Below, piece after piece: positions 35,148 to 44,545 of a DNA stretch of 64,000 bases. The position numbers were made by a program, and so were the translations under genes. A model generated the notes under the pieces. The model made no database searches. It had not been told where the DNA came from and worked only from the letters and a program-made list of their open reading frames with translations. Within the stretch, counting starts at the first letter, position 1. Each line of letters starts with the position of its first letter. This DNA is from an uncultured Oscillospiraceae bacterium (GTDB taxonomy: Bacteria > Bacillota > Clostridia > Oscillospirales > Oscillospiraceae), in the NCBI GenBank assembly GCA_964395795.1, contig CAYNBS010000002.1:51293-115292 (forward strand), given 5' to 3'.

Positions 35148-36503
35148 TTATTCCTTGATGATGGCGCAGTCGTTGCGCGCATCCACCGCCCGGCGGATAA
35201 GCTCTGCCGCTTCGGCAGGGCTCATGCGCTGCTGCTCGCCGGTCTGCATATCCTTCACGGAAACCTGCCCGGCGGCGATTTCGTCCTCGCCCAGCAGCAC
35301 CACGAAGGGCGCGCCGATCTTGTCGGCATAGCCGATCTTGGCCTTGAACTTGCGCTTCTCGCCGTAGAGCTGGGTGCGCACGCCGCTCTGCCGCAGCACC
35401 GTGGCGGCGGCCACGGCGGGCCCAACCTCCTCGGTCATGGGGATGACCAGAGCGTCGCAGGGGGCGGTGATGATTTCATCGGACAGCAGGCCCTGCTCGT
35501 TCAGCACATAAAAGAGCCGCGTGAGTCCAATGGAGATGCCCACACCCGGCAGCTGCTTGTCGGTATAATACTCCGCCAGGTTGTCGTAGCGCCCGCCGGA
35601 GCAGACCGAGCCGATCTCGGGATGGTCGGTCATGATGGTCTCATACACGGTGCCGGTGTAGTAATCCAGGCCCCGGGCAATGGTCAGGTCGATGGCAAAA
35701 TTCTCCTCCGGCACGCCGAAGTCCTTCAGGTACCTGGTCACGGTGATCAGCTCGTCCAGGCCCTGATCGAAGGTCTCGTCCATGCCCCGGTAATCCTCCA
35801 GGCGGGAGAGCACATAGGCATTGTCCCCCTGGATGGCCATGAAGTCCAGCACATTCTCCGACTTGTCCGGCAGCATCTTCACCTCGTCAATGAGAAGCTG
35901 CTTGACCTTGTGGGGGCCGATCTTGTCCAGCTTGTCCACGGTGCGCATGATCTCCCCGGCCTTCTCGCTCATGCCGTTCATGGCGTAGAAGCCGTTGAGG
36001 ATCTTGCGGTTGTTCACGCGGATCTTGAACTTGTGGATGCCAAGGCGGGTAAAGGTGCTGTAGATGACGGCGGGGATCTCCGCCTCGTTGAGAATGTCCA
36101 GCTTCCCGTCCCCGATCACGTCGATATCCGCCTGATAGAATTCCCGGAAGCGGCCCCGCTGGGCCCGCTCGCCCCGGTAGACCTTGCCGATCTGGTAGCG
36201 CCGGAAGGGGAAAGAAAGCTCGCTGTAGTGCCCGGCCACATACTTGGCCAGGGGCACCGTCAGGTCAAAGCGGAGGGCCAGATCACTGTCCCCCTTCTGG
36301 AAGCGGTAAATCTGCTTCTCCGTCTCGCCGCCGCCCTTGGCCAGCAGCACCTCCGCCGATTCGATCACCGGCGTATCCAGCGGGGTGAAGCCGAAGCGGG
36401 AATAGCTCTCCCGCAGGACGGACATCATCCGCTCCATTTTCATCTGATCCCGGGGGGCAAGCTCCATAAAGCCGGAGAGCGTCCGGGGTGCGACTTTTGC
36501 CAT
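35148..36503 (-). CDS. hisS: histidine--tRNA ligase
   Basis: Contains LSGFMELAP, IYRFQKGD, FRRYQIGKVYRGERAQRGRFREFYQ and GGRYDNL. Confidence 0.95.
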   Translation of the reverse strand: MAKVAPRTLSGFMELAPRDQMKMERMMSVLRESYSRFGFTPLDTPVIESAEVLLAKGGGETEKQIYRFQKGDSDLALRFDLTVPLAKYVAGHYSELSFPFRRYQIGKVYRGERAQRGRFREFYQADIDVIGDGKLDILNEAEIPAVIYSTFTRLGIHKFKIRVNNRKILNGFYAMNGMSEKAGEIMRTVDKLDKIGPHKVKQLLIDEVKMLPDKSENVLDFMAIQGDNAYVLSRLEDYRGMDETFDQGLDELITVTRYLKDFGVPEENFAIDLTIARGLDYYTGTVYETIMTDHPEIGSVCSGGRYDNLAEYYTDKQLPGVGISIGLTRLFYVLNEQGLLSDEIITAPCDALVIPMTEEVGPAVAAATVLRQSGVRTQLYGEKRKFKAKIGYADKIGAPFVVLLGEDEIAAGQVSVKDMQTGEQQRMSPAEAAELIRRAVDARNDCAIIKE

Positions 36504-36531
36504 AAGTGGAATCTCCTATCCAAAAGAATGT

Positions 36532-36584
36532 GTAGGGGCGGCTATCAGCCGCCCGCTGAATCCATGCGCGGGCGGCTGATAGCG
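36532..36584. repeat. GTAG-headed palindromic repeat, inverted pair with truncated right unit (copy D)
   Basis: GTAGGGGCGGCTATCAGCCGCCCGC, 9 nt, then GCGCGGGCGGCTGATAGC. It lies between the mgsA stop and the hisS start. Confidence 0.85.
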
Positions 36585-36625
36585 ATGCAACGTTCGTCCT
36601 AACAGGCCGTGGCTGCGGCCTCGGT

Positions 36626-37030
36626 TCAGCGTTTCTGGGGGTTTACGATGTTGCGCCAATCCAGATCGCCCCGGCGCAGGCCCTGCACCAGCACCTCCGC
36701 CGTGGCGGCGTTGGTGGCAAAGGGGATCTGATACTGGTCGCACAGCCGCTCCACCTTGTTGATATCGTCAAAGCCCTTGGGATTGGCCGGGTCGCAGAAG
36801 AACAGCACCAGGTCGATCTCGTTAAAGGAGATCCGGGCGCCGATCTGCTGGGATCCGCCCTGATCCGCGTGGAGGTACAGCGTGATGGGCAGGCCCGTGG
36901 CCTCCGACACCAGCTTCCCCGTCACATGGGTGGCACAGAGATTGTGCTCCGCCAGGATGCCGCAGTAGGCAATGCAGAACTGCACCATCAATTCTTTCTT
37001 CCTGTCGTGTGCCATCAGCGCGATATTCAA
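36626..37030 (-). CDS. mgsA: methylglyoxal synthase
   Basis: 134 aa. Contains IALMAHDRKKELM, ATHVTG, GGSQQIGA and DLVLFFCDP. Confidence 0.92.
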   Translation of the reverse strand: MNIALMAHDRKKELMVQFCIAYCGILAEHNLCATHVTGKLVSEATGLPITLYLHADQGGSQQIGARISFNEIDLVLFFCDPANPKGFDDINKVERLCDQYQIPFATNAATAEVLVQGLRRGDLDWRNIVNPQKR

Positions 37031-37137
37031 AGCTCCTCATCTCCTTCGTGAATTTCAATTGCGTTATTATATCCTTTTTTTTCCTATCATGCAAGGCCAA
37101 ATTCTCAAAGGAGAAGGTTGGCATGGATTTTTTTCCC

Positions 37138-39285
37138 TCAGCGCAGAAGCGTCATTTCCTCCTCCGAGGTGTCCTTATAGCTCTTGATGTTGATATAGGC
37201 GTCCATGATCTGCCGGGCCATGAACTGCACGCTTGCGCCGCTGCCGCCCCGCTCCACCACGATCACGATGGCGACCTCCGGGTTATCAAAGGGAGCGTAG
37301 CACATAAAGATACCGTCGTTGGTGATCTTTTCACCCTTCTGGGCGGTTCCGGTCTTGCCGGCCACCTCCCAGGCGCAGTCCGCCCAAACCTCGCAGTTGG
37401 GGGCGTTGACGGACCAGTCGTGCAGCACCAGGTACATGCCCTGGTGTACCGCCGCCCAGTTATAATCGGCGGACTCCACCGTGCTCAGCACCTCCGGCTC
37501 CCGCTCATAAAGCTTCTCGCTGTAGTCAAAGCTGCGGACCGACTTGAGGATGGAGGCGGAATGGCGGGTGCCGGAGTTTGCCACCGTGGCGCAGTACTCC
37601 GCGATCTGCAGGGGGGAGAAGATGCTGTCGGACTGGCCGATGGCCGCCTGCATGGTATCACCAATGTGCCAGTCATCATCCACAAAATAGCGGTGGGTCT
37701 CCTCGGAGGACATGTTGCCCACCGTCTCCACCAGCTCGATGCCGGTGGGCACGCCCAGGCCGAACTTATGGGCATACTCGCCCATGACGGTAACGCCCAG
37801 ATCGTGGCCCACGGAATAGAAGAAGAAGTTGCAGGAGTCCCGGATGGCCTCGGTCACATTGTCGTTGCCGTGGGTGTAGTGCTCCGGCGCCATGGCGTTC
37901 CAGATCCAGCACTCAGGGGCGTAGCCCTCGGCGGCGTACTTGGTGAACACGCCCTCGCACTTGATGCGGGTCTCGGTGTTGAAATCCATGCGGGTATCCG
38001 TCAGCGCCGCCATGGCCACGCAGGGCTTGAAGGTGGAGCCGGGAGCGTAGGCGCCCATGAGCGCCCGGTTAAACAGCGGGGCGTTGGGCGTTTCCAGCAG
38101 GGTTGCGTAGTTTTCGATGATGGTGGACACGTCATAGGTGGGCCAGCTGGCCATGGCCAGCACCTCGCCGGTGTTCACGTCCACCACCACCGCGGCGGCG
38201 CCGGTGATCTCGTCCTTCATGTCCGGATCATAGTCGCCGCGGGCGATGCCCTCGGCGCGGGTCTGGCGCCGGTCCTTGATGAGCACGTTCTCCACGCCGT
38301 TTGCCAGGATGCGCTCCACCTGCTCCTGCAGGGCAATGTCAATGGTCAGGTAGATATGGTTCCCCGGCACGGGCTCCTTCACATAGACCGTACTGAGCAC
38401 GGTGCCGGAGGGGTTGCGGGTCTCGATGACCTCCCCGTCCTGCCCGTGCAGGTATTCCTCAAAGGCGTATTCCACGCCGTCCTTGCCCACATAGGCGTTG
38501 GTGGCGTAATTGAGCAGCGAAAACCGCTCGTACTCCTCCTGGGTCATCAGGCCCGTATAGCCCAGGATGTGGGCGGCGTACTCCGTGCCGTATTCCCGGA
38601 CGTAGGCCCGCTCCACCTCGATGCCGGTGAGCTTATTCTCCATGATGGAGGAGATCAGCTCCATACTGGCGTCTTCCACGAACATATAGTCGGCGGTATT
38701 GATGGCGTAGCGGACGTTGATGGAGTAGCGCACGCCGGCGATGATCCGCATTTCCTCGGCGGAATAGCTGTTGTCGATATCATAGCGGCTGCGCATATAG
38801 CTCAGCAGCTCCACCGCCGTGGGGGAATCTGACGGGAGGCCGGAGCGATGGCGGACAAAATAGGCCTCCAGCATGGTGCGCTGAATATCCGTCATGTTCG
38901 GGTCATACTCAAAGGGCGGCGTCATGGTAATGGGCAGGTCGTCAGTATAGGTATCCCCGTAGCTCTCCACCATGTTCACCAGCTCCAGAATGACGGCGTT
39001 GGGGTCGTCATTGGAGAAGAGCTTGGTGGTGTCGATCCGCAGGTTATAGCATTCCTTGTTGCTCACCAGCACCCGTCCGTAACGGTCCAGGATATTGCCC
39101 CGGGCGGCGGTGACGGTGCGCTTGGTGTTGGTGATCTCCTTGCTCTGGTTATAGTAAATCTCTCCCTGCACGATCTGAAGGTTGTACAGGAAGGCCAGAT
39201 AGATGATCATGATGATGGCGAAGAGAACGCCCATGGCGGCCACACGGCCGGGTTTAATGGTTCTGTTCATTTCAATCCTTTCCAT
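37138..39285 (-). CDS. mrdA: penicillin-binding protein 2 (elongasome transpeptidase)
   Basis: TM anchor, RGNILDRYGRVL dimerisation domain, then transpeptidase motifs PGSTFKP, SCN and KTGTA. Sits next to mreD and mreC. An alternative ATG is at 39270. Confidence 0.88.
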   Translation of the reverse strand: MERIEMNRTIKPGRVAAMGVLFAIIMIIYLAFLYNLQIVQGEIYYNQSKEITNTKRTVTAARGNILDRYGRVLVSNKECYNLRIDTTKLFSNDDPNAVILELVNMVESYGDTYTDDLPITMTPPFEYDPNMTDIQRTMLEAYFVRHRSGLPSDSPTAVELLSYMRSRYDIDNSYSAEEMRIIAGVRYSINVRYAINTADYMFVEDASMELISSIMENKLTGIEVERAYVREYGTEYAAHILGYTGLMTQEEYERFSLLNYATNAYVGKDGVEYAFEEYLHGQDGEVIETRNPSGTVLSTVYVKEPVPGNHIYLTIDIALQEQVERILANGVENVLIKDRRQTRAEGIARGDYDPDMKDEITGAAAVVVDVNTGEVLAMASWPTYDVSTIIENYATLLETPNAPLFNRALMGAYAPGSTFKPCVAMAALTDTRMDFNTETRIKCEGVFTKYAAEGYAPECWIWNAMAPEHYTHGNDNVTEAIRDSCNFFFYSVGHDLGVTVMGEYAHKFGLGVPTGIELVETVGNMSSEETHRYFVDDDWHIGDTMQAAIGQSDSIFSPLQIAEYCATVANSGTRHSASILKSVRSFDYSEKLYEREPEVLSTVESADYNWAAVHQGMYLVLHDWSVNAPNCEVWADCAWEVAGKTGTAQKGEKITNDGIFMCYAPFDNPEVAIVIVVERGGSGASVQFMARQIMDAYINIKSYKDTSEEEMTLLR

Positions 39286-39289
39286 GCAG

Positions 39290-39324
39290 GCTCCCCTGAA
39301 CGGGGAGCTGTCCGCGAAGCGGAC
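39290..39324 (-). other. twin short hairpins in the mreD-mrdA gap
   Basis: GCTCCCC-tgaac-GGGGAGC immediately followed by GTCCGC-gaa-GCGGAC (plus-strand reading). Confidence 0.55.
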
Positions 39325-39333
39325 GGAGGGGTA

Positions 39334-39879
39334 TCAGTTCTTCTCGTTCTTGGAAAGCGGCGCGAACTGGCTCCACTTCGCCGGGAAGATATAGGCCAGC
39401 GCCGCCAGCGGGATGGACCAGAGGGTCTGCAGGATCACCGTGGGGATCATGCTCATGGAAAAGCTGTCCATAACGGAGGTATGCAGCATCTGCCCCAGGG
39501 CCGTCAGCAGCAGGCCTGCCAGGGCAGCGCCCATATAGGCGAAGAAGCGGCGGTTGATGAAAAACTGCGCCACAAAGCCGGAGGCGAAGGCCAGCATGGG
39601 GAACAGCACCGTGAAAAGCACGGTATTCTCCACAAAGGCCATGTCCGCGAAAAAGCCCAGCAGCAGGCTGTACAGAACGCCCAGCACCGGCCCCTCAAAC
39701 ATGCCCGTGGCCACCGCCACCGCCGGCAGCGCATAGGGGCAGACCCCGGCGATCCGGGTGCGGGAGAGCAGCATGGTCTGCACGATCAGGGACAGGAGGA
39801 GGTACAGCAGATAGCGCAGCACCTGCTTCCACTCCACCTTGGGCATCATGTACCGTACTAAAAATTCTCGTAAGCTCAT
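39334..39879 (-). CDS. mreD: rod shape-determining protein MreD
   Basis: 181-aa polytopic membrane protein directly downstream of, and overlapping, mreC. Confidence 0.75.
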   Translation of the reverse strand: MSLREFLVRYMMPKVEWKQVLRYLLYLLLSLIVQTMLLSRTRIAGVCPYALPAVAVATGMFEGPVLGVLYSLLLGFFADMAFVENTVLFTVLFPMLAFASGFVAQFFINRRFFAYMGAALAGLLLTALGQMLHTSVMDSFSMSMIPTVILQTLWSIPLAALAYIFPAKWSQFAPLSKNEKN

Positions 39880-40718
39880 TCTACCACTGTAAAGTCCTTA
39901 ATGATAAACACCTGCACCAGGGCGTCCAGGTCACACTGGGGCACCACGATGCCGTACTCGATCTGGCCGCCGGCCTCGGTCTGCACATTGGAGATGGTGC
40001 CGATGACCAGGCCCGCCGGAAACGCGCCGCCGGAGCCGGAGGTCAGCACCTCGTCCCCCTCAAAGATCTGGGCGCCGTCCGCCAGGAAGGTCAGCTTTGC
40101 GGTCTTGCCCTTCATCAGCGTATACTCGCCCACCACCATGCCGGAGGCGCCGGAGGCGCCCACATAAGCGCCCACGCTCATATCCACGTCGATCAGCGTG
40201 CTGACGGTGGCCCAGTTCTCGCCCAGCTCCGTCACCTGGCCCACCAGGGCGCCGTACTCCGTGATGACCGGGTCGCCCAGTTCGATGCCGCTGGAGCGGC
40301 CCTTGCTGATGGTGAAGGAGGAGGACCAGTTGGAGGAGGACCAGAGCACCACCTTGGCAGATTCCAGCACAAAGTCCGTATGCTTCTGCCGCAGCTCCAG
40401 GGCTTCCCGCAGCCGCACATTCTCCTCCGAGGCTTCGATGCCCTCGCGGGCGGACTGCTGCGCCTCGGCCAGCTGGGTGCGCAGGGACTCATTCTCCGCC
40501 AGCAGCGCATCGTAATCATACAAATAGCCGTACATGCTGTTGAACCAGTTCACCGTGGAGCTGAGCACCTTCTGGATGGGCGCGGCCAGGATGCCGGTCA
40601 CATTCTGCAGCAAGCCCACGCCGCCGCCGCGGGCAGCCGCGCCGATCAGGATCAGAAAAGCGGAGGCCGCCACAATGATCCCCATGCGGAAACCGTATTT
40701 TTTCAGATATTCTTTCAC
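39876..40718 (-). CDS. mreC: rod shape-determining protein MreC
   Basis: TM segment, coiled coil (LRTQLAEAQQSAREG..) and beta-rich C-domains. Start placed at GTG 40718, which overlaps the maf stop (GTGA) and has GGGAGTG upstream. The track start is 40763. Confidence 0.82.
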   Translation of the reverse strand: MKEYLKKYGFRMGIIVAASAFLILIGAAARGGGVGLLQNVTGILAAPIQKVLSSTVNWFNSMYGYLYDYDALLAENESLRTQLAEAQQSAREGIEASEENVRLREALELRQKHTDFVLESAKVVLWSSSNWSSSFTISKGRSSGIELGDPVITEYGALVGQVTELGENWATVSTLIDVDMSVGAYVGASGASGMVVGEYTLMKGKTAKLTFLADGAQIFEGDEVLTSGSGGAFPAGLVIGTISNVQTEAGGQIEYGIVVPQCDLDALVQVFIIKDFTVVE

Positions 40719-41287
40719 AGGATGTTCACTCCCTGCTCTTTCAGCATTTTGCCCAGCCTGCACAAGGGCAGGCCCATCACATTGAAGAAATCGCCCTCGA
40801 TGCGCTCCACAAGCAGCGCGCCCCGGCCCTGGGCGCCGTAGGCCCCGGCCTTGTCCATCGGCTCGCCGGTTCGGATATAGCGGGCGATCTCCTCTTCCTC
40901 CAGCGGGCGGAAGATCACCCGGCTCCGCTCATATTCGCTTGTCTCCCGGCCCTGACAAATCACCGTCACGCCGGTATAGACCTCATGGGCGTCCCCGGAC
41001 AGGCGGCGCAGCATGGCCGCCGCCTCCGTCTCCGAATGGGGCTTGCCGAAGGCATGCCCGTCCACCCAGACGATGGTATCCGCCCCGATGATTAGATCCT
41101 CCGCCCCGCAGCGGGCGGCGACCTCCCGGGCCTTGGCGGCGGAAAGGGCCATCACCAGCTCCCCCGGTCCCGCGTGTTCCGGCGGGATCTCCTCCCCCTT
41201 GGCGGGGAGGATCTTCAAATTTGGCACCTCCAGCATCTCCATCAGCTCTTTCCGCCGGGGAGAAGAGGAGGCCAACACGATATGCAT
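40715..41287 (-). CDS. maf: Maf family nucleoside triphosphate pyrophosphatase
   Basis: Contains IVLASSSPRRKELM, GADTIV and DKAGAYGAQG. ATG 41287 chosen. Confidence 0.9.
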   Translation of the reverse strand: MHIVLASSSPRRKELMEMLEVPNLKILPAKGEEIPPEHAGPGELVMALSAAKAREVAARCGAEDLIIGADTIVWVDGHAFGKPHSETEAAAMLRRLSGDAHEVYTGVTVICQGRETSEYERSRVIFRPLEEEEIARYIRTGEPMDKAGAYGAQGRGALLVERIEGDFFNVMGLPLCRLGKMLKEQGVNIL

Positions 41288-41304
41288 TTCAATAATCCTT
41301 CCTT

Positions 41305-41366
41305 GTAGTGCTTTGCGCAGCAAAGCGGATGCGCTGACCTGGCGGGCGGCTGATAGCCGCCCCTAC
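41305..41366. repeat. chimeric inverted pair: GTAG plus an unrelated hairpin, then a consensus repeat unit ending CTAC (copy E)
   Basis: GTAG-TGCTTTGC-gca-GCAAAGC, then GGCGGGCGGCTGATAGCCGCCCCTAC. It lies between the U32 stop and the maf start. Confidence 0.75.
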
Positions 41367-41373
41367 CGGACCC

Positions 41374-43443
41374 TCATTCCACGCCCCTGTAATACAGGCC
41401 CCGGGTCAGCACGTTGGGCCGGTAGTCCGACAGGCCCAGGTGGCCCTTGGCCACCTCCACGCACTCCCGCGCGCTCTCATTGGAAAACAGCAGCCTGAGT
41501 CCCCAGGCGCCGGTGGCGTAGAGATCTTCCTTCTTGTCCGCCAGATACAGCTTGTGGGCATTGTAGATCACCGTCCGGTCCCCGTAATCCCGGGCGACCG
41601 GGAACACCGAGCCCATCCGGTCGGCAAGCTGGGCGGTATCCTGCACGGTGGTTTTCACCAGACTCTGCTCCGAAATCATCAGCGGAAGCCTTCCGTAAAT
41701 GATGATCTCCGTGTCCAAAGGCTTTTGCAGATCGCGAATCTGGCTGAGCCGCAGCTCAAAGGACGCGGTGGCGGACAGGAAGTCCGCCTCCCGCAGCTGC
41801 TCCAAAGTCAGGGAGTTGAAGGCGTTCAGCCCAAAGTCCCCCCGGAGCTGCATGCCGGCCTTTTTCGCCAGGAACACATGGCCAAGGTTACCCACCAGCG
41901 CCTCCCGCACACCCTCGGCGTACAGGGTTTCCAGCGCGGCATAGACCTCCGGGCTCTGCTCATCGGTGATGATCCGGGGCAGCACCGCCACGGGCGTGGC
42001 CCCCTGCTCCGCGAAAGGCACCACCAGTTCCGGCTTCCGGGCCATGAGCAGGGCGGGCGCATAGAGATAGTCCGGCTTCAGCTCCGCCAGCTCCGGCGTC
42101 AGCTGATCCTCGCTGCGCACCTGGAAAATGATCTTGGGATCCGCCACCGGCGCCACATTCCGCGGCATGGCGGGCAGCCGCCCCACCCGGCGGGTGGGCG
42201 GCACCGCCCGCTGCTCGCTGAGCTCCGAAATCAGCTTGCGCCGCAGCTCATTGATCTCCGAGGCGGGCAGAAACAGGCCCGGCTCCGCCTTGGCCCGGTT
42301 CTCCACACAGGAATAGGGCGTGCCGCCGGTCTTGAACATCTGCTCGGTGAGATAGCTCTCCGTCAGGCCCTGGCGCTTGGCCCGTTCGGGCACCGGCCCC
42401 ATGGCCACGGCCCGGTTGCCGTCGTCGTCAAAGGCGATGGCCTTGGCGGGCTCGCCCTTCTGCACCACCGTGTAGAAATGCACCGGCACCCGGCGCATCT
42501 CCCCGTCGGCATAGGCCTTGCGGGCTGTGGTGAAGATGGCCTCATCGGCCTTGTCCGCATCGCTGCGGACGCCGAACATATCTTTTTTATCGCCGTTGAA
42601 GTAGCCCTGGGTGAAGCCCTGGCGGGAGAAGGCCCGCTCCAGCAGCTCCATCTCCTCCGCGGTGGGCTTGCGGTGCTCCCGCAGGGCCTTGGCGTAGATC
42701 CCGGTGACGATGGCCGTGTACTCCGGCCGCTTCATGCGTCCCTCGATCTTCAGCGAGGCCACCCCCGCCTCCTCCAACTCCTGCAGCCGATCGGCCAGGC
42801 AGCTGTCCTTCAGGCTCAGGGGATGCTCGTCCATCCGCCCGGTAAGGCTGTACTCCATGCGGCAGGGCTGGGCGCACATGCCCCGGTTGCCGCTGCGCCG
42901 CCCGATGAGGGCGGACATATAGCACTGGCCCGAATGGCAGAAGCACAGCGCCCCGTGGACGAAGACCTCTGTCTCGATGCTGGCGTGCTTGGTGATAAAG
43001 CGGATCTGCTCCAGGCTCAGCTCCCGGGCCAGCACCGCCCGGGTCAGCCCCATCTCCGCCGCCGCTTCCACCCCGGCCAGATTGTGCAGGCTCATCTGGG
43101 TGCTGGCGTGCAGCGGGATATCCGGCAGGGCGGAGCGGATGGCCCGGATCAGCCCCAGATCCTGGATGATGATGCCATCGGCCCCCAGGTCGGAGGCCAG
43201 CTTCGCCGCGGACACGGCAGGCTCGATCTCCCGGTCGTTCACCAGGGTGTTCAGGGTCACATATACCTTGCAGCCCCGGATCCGGCAGTAGCGGACCGCC
43301 TTTTCAAATTCCTCATCGCTGAAATTTTTGGCGCCGCGGCGGGCATTGAAGTTCCCCATGCCCAGGTACACAGCGTCCGCCCCGTTCTGGACGGCGGCAA
43401 TCACCGCTTCCGGCGACCCCGCCGGCGCGAGCAGCTCTATCAT
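41374..43443 (-). CDS. U32 family peptidase (long two-module form)
   Basis: Begins MIELLAPAGSPEAVIAAVQNGADAVYLG, then HGALCFCHSGQCYMS..GNRGMCAQPCR, then a second U32-like half. Confidence 0.85.
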   Translation of the reverse strand: MIELLAPAGSPEAVIAAVQNGADAVYLGMGNFNARRGAKNFSDEEFEKAVRYCRIRGCKVYVTLNTLVNDREIEPAVSAAKLASDLGADGIIIQDLGLIRAIRSALPDIPLHASTQMSLHNLAGVEAAAEMGLTRAVLARELSLEQIRFITKHASIETEVFVHGALCFCHSGQCYMSALIGRRSGNRGMCAQPCRMEYSLTGRMDEHPLSLKDSCLADRLQELEEAGVASLKIEGRMKRPEYTAIVTGIYAKALREHRKPTAEEMELLERAFSRQGFTQGYFNGDKKDMFGVRSDADKADEAIFTTARKAYADGEMRRVPVHFYTVVQKGEPAKAIAFDDDGNRAVAMGPVPERAKRQGLTESYLTEQMFKTGGTPYSCVENRAKAEPGLFLPASEINELRRKLISELSEQRAVPPTRRVGRLPAMPRNVAPVADPKIIFQVRSEDQLTPELAELKPDYLYAPALLMARKPELVVPFAEQGATPVAVLPRIITDEQSPEVYAALETLYAEGVREALVGNLGHVFLAKKAGMQLRGDFGLNAFNSLTLEQLREADFLSATASFELRLSQIRDLQKPLDTEIIIYGRLPLMISEQSLVKTTVQDTAQLADRMGSVFPVARDYGDRTVIYNAHKLYLADKKEDLYATGAWGLRLLFSNESARECVEVAKGHLGLSDYRPNVLTRGLYYRGVE

Positions 43444-43522
43444 ATCTCGTTCTCCTTGCGGATCAGCCCCGTGGGGGCATAGTTTCGCTATAATACATGC
43501 TATTATAACACAGGCTCCCCTC

Positions 43523-43551
43523 TTGCGACAAGATGATTTTGATGTTATAAT
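43523..43551 (+). promoter_or_regulatory. SigA-type promoter for dnaD-like gene
   Basis: TTGCGA, a 17-nt spacer, then TATAAT. It lies about 57 nt upstream of ATG 43608. Confidence 0.5.
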
Positions 43552-43607
43552 GTTGCTCCAAAGGAAATAATCTGTAAAATTTTTTCTGCAAGAGAACTGG
43601 AGCGGTC

Positions 43608-44534
43608 ATGAGCGAGCAGATGCCGAACAATTCCATATTGCTGCAGGCGGCGGACAAGCTGATCGCCGCCCATGATGGGGACGTGGCGCTGCTCTACCTC
43701 TTCTGGCTGAGGCACGGCACTCTGGACGAGGAACAGGCCGCTCTGGCCCTCTGCCGCACCGCGGAGCAGATCCGCGCAGCGGCGGAAAAGCTGCGCCGCC
43801 TGAATCTGACCGGGCTGCCCCAGCCTTCCCCCGCCCCGTCCCCCGTCCTGCCGGAGCCTGGGGAGGATGAAATCCCGCAATATACCTCGGCGGACATCAA
43901 CCGCCTCTCCCGGGATAACGACGAGCTGAAGGCCGTCTACGCCGAGGCAAGCCAGCTTCTGGGCCACACGCTCACCACCGTGGAGCTGCGGGTGCTCTTT
44001 GGCATGTACCATCACCTGGGCCTGCCGGCAGAGGTGATCCTGGAGCTGCTGCACTACTGCGCGGAGCTGAACCGCTGGCTCAACGGCCCCGACCGGCGCC
44101 TCACCTCCCGCTTTCTGGAGAAGGAGGCCTATGCCTGGGCCAACCGGGAGATCCTGACGCTGGACCAGGCGGAGGATTATATCCGCGCCCAGCGGCAGCG
44201 GCACGAGGCCATCGGCCAGGTGCAGGAGGCCCTGGGCCTGCCGGTCCTGTCCGGCACCCAGCAGAAGGATCTGGCAGACTGGCTGGAGCAGGGCTTCGGC
44301 GAGGAGGCCATCGCCATCGCGGCGGACCGCACCGTCACCAACACCGGGGCGCTCAAATGGGGCTATCTGCGGAAGATTCTGCAGAACTGGCATGACAAGG
44401 GACTGCACAGCCCGGCGGAGATCCAGGAAAAGGACCCCTCCCGTACCTCCCGCCCCGCGGCGGCACAGGCGGAAAGCCGCGGCCAGAAGCCTCTGGACCA
44501 GGACGCCTGGAAAAAACTGATCGGAAAGATCTGA
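43608..44534 (+). CDS. DnaD domain-containing replication protein
   Basis: Two DnaD/DnaB_2-like repeats (ELRVLFGMYHHLGLPAEVILELLHYC; WGYLRKILQNWHDKGLHSPAEI). Confidence 0.78.
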   Translation: MSEQMPNNSILLQAADKLIAAHDGDVALLYLFWLRHGTLDEEQAALALCRTAEQIRAAAEKLRRLNLTGLPQPSPAPSPVLPEPGEDEIPQYTSADINRLSRDNDELKAVYAEASQLLGHTLTTVELRVLFGMYHHLGLPAEVILELLHYCAELNRWLNGPDRRLTSRFLEKEAYAWANREILTLDQAEDYIRAQRQRHEAIGQVQEALGLPVLSGTQQKDLADWLEQGFGEEAIAIAADRTVTNTGALKWGYLRKILQNWHDKGLHSPAEIQEKDPSRTSRPAAAQAESRGQKPLDQDAWKKLIGKI

Positions 44535-44545
44535 GGTAAACAACG

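Noticed and set aside
33354-36602. 1082-aa plus-strand ORF spanning aspS and hisS in antisense
   Set aside because: It crosses two separate, well-recognised synthetase genes and the repeat-containing gap between them. It is a shadow ORF of a high-GC region.
36504-36625. T-box riboswitch upstream of hisS
   Set aside because: The gap is only 122 nt and is largely occupied by the GTAG repeat pair. I saw no specifier or T-box sequence (AANNNGGGTGGTACCGCG-like).
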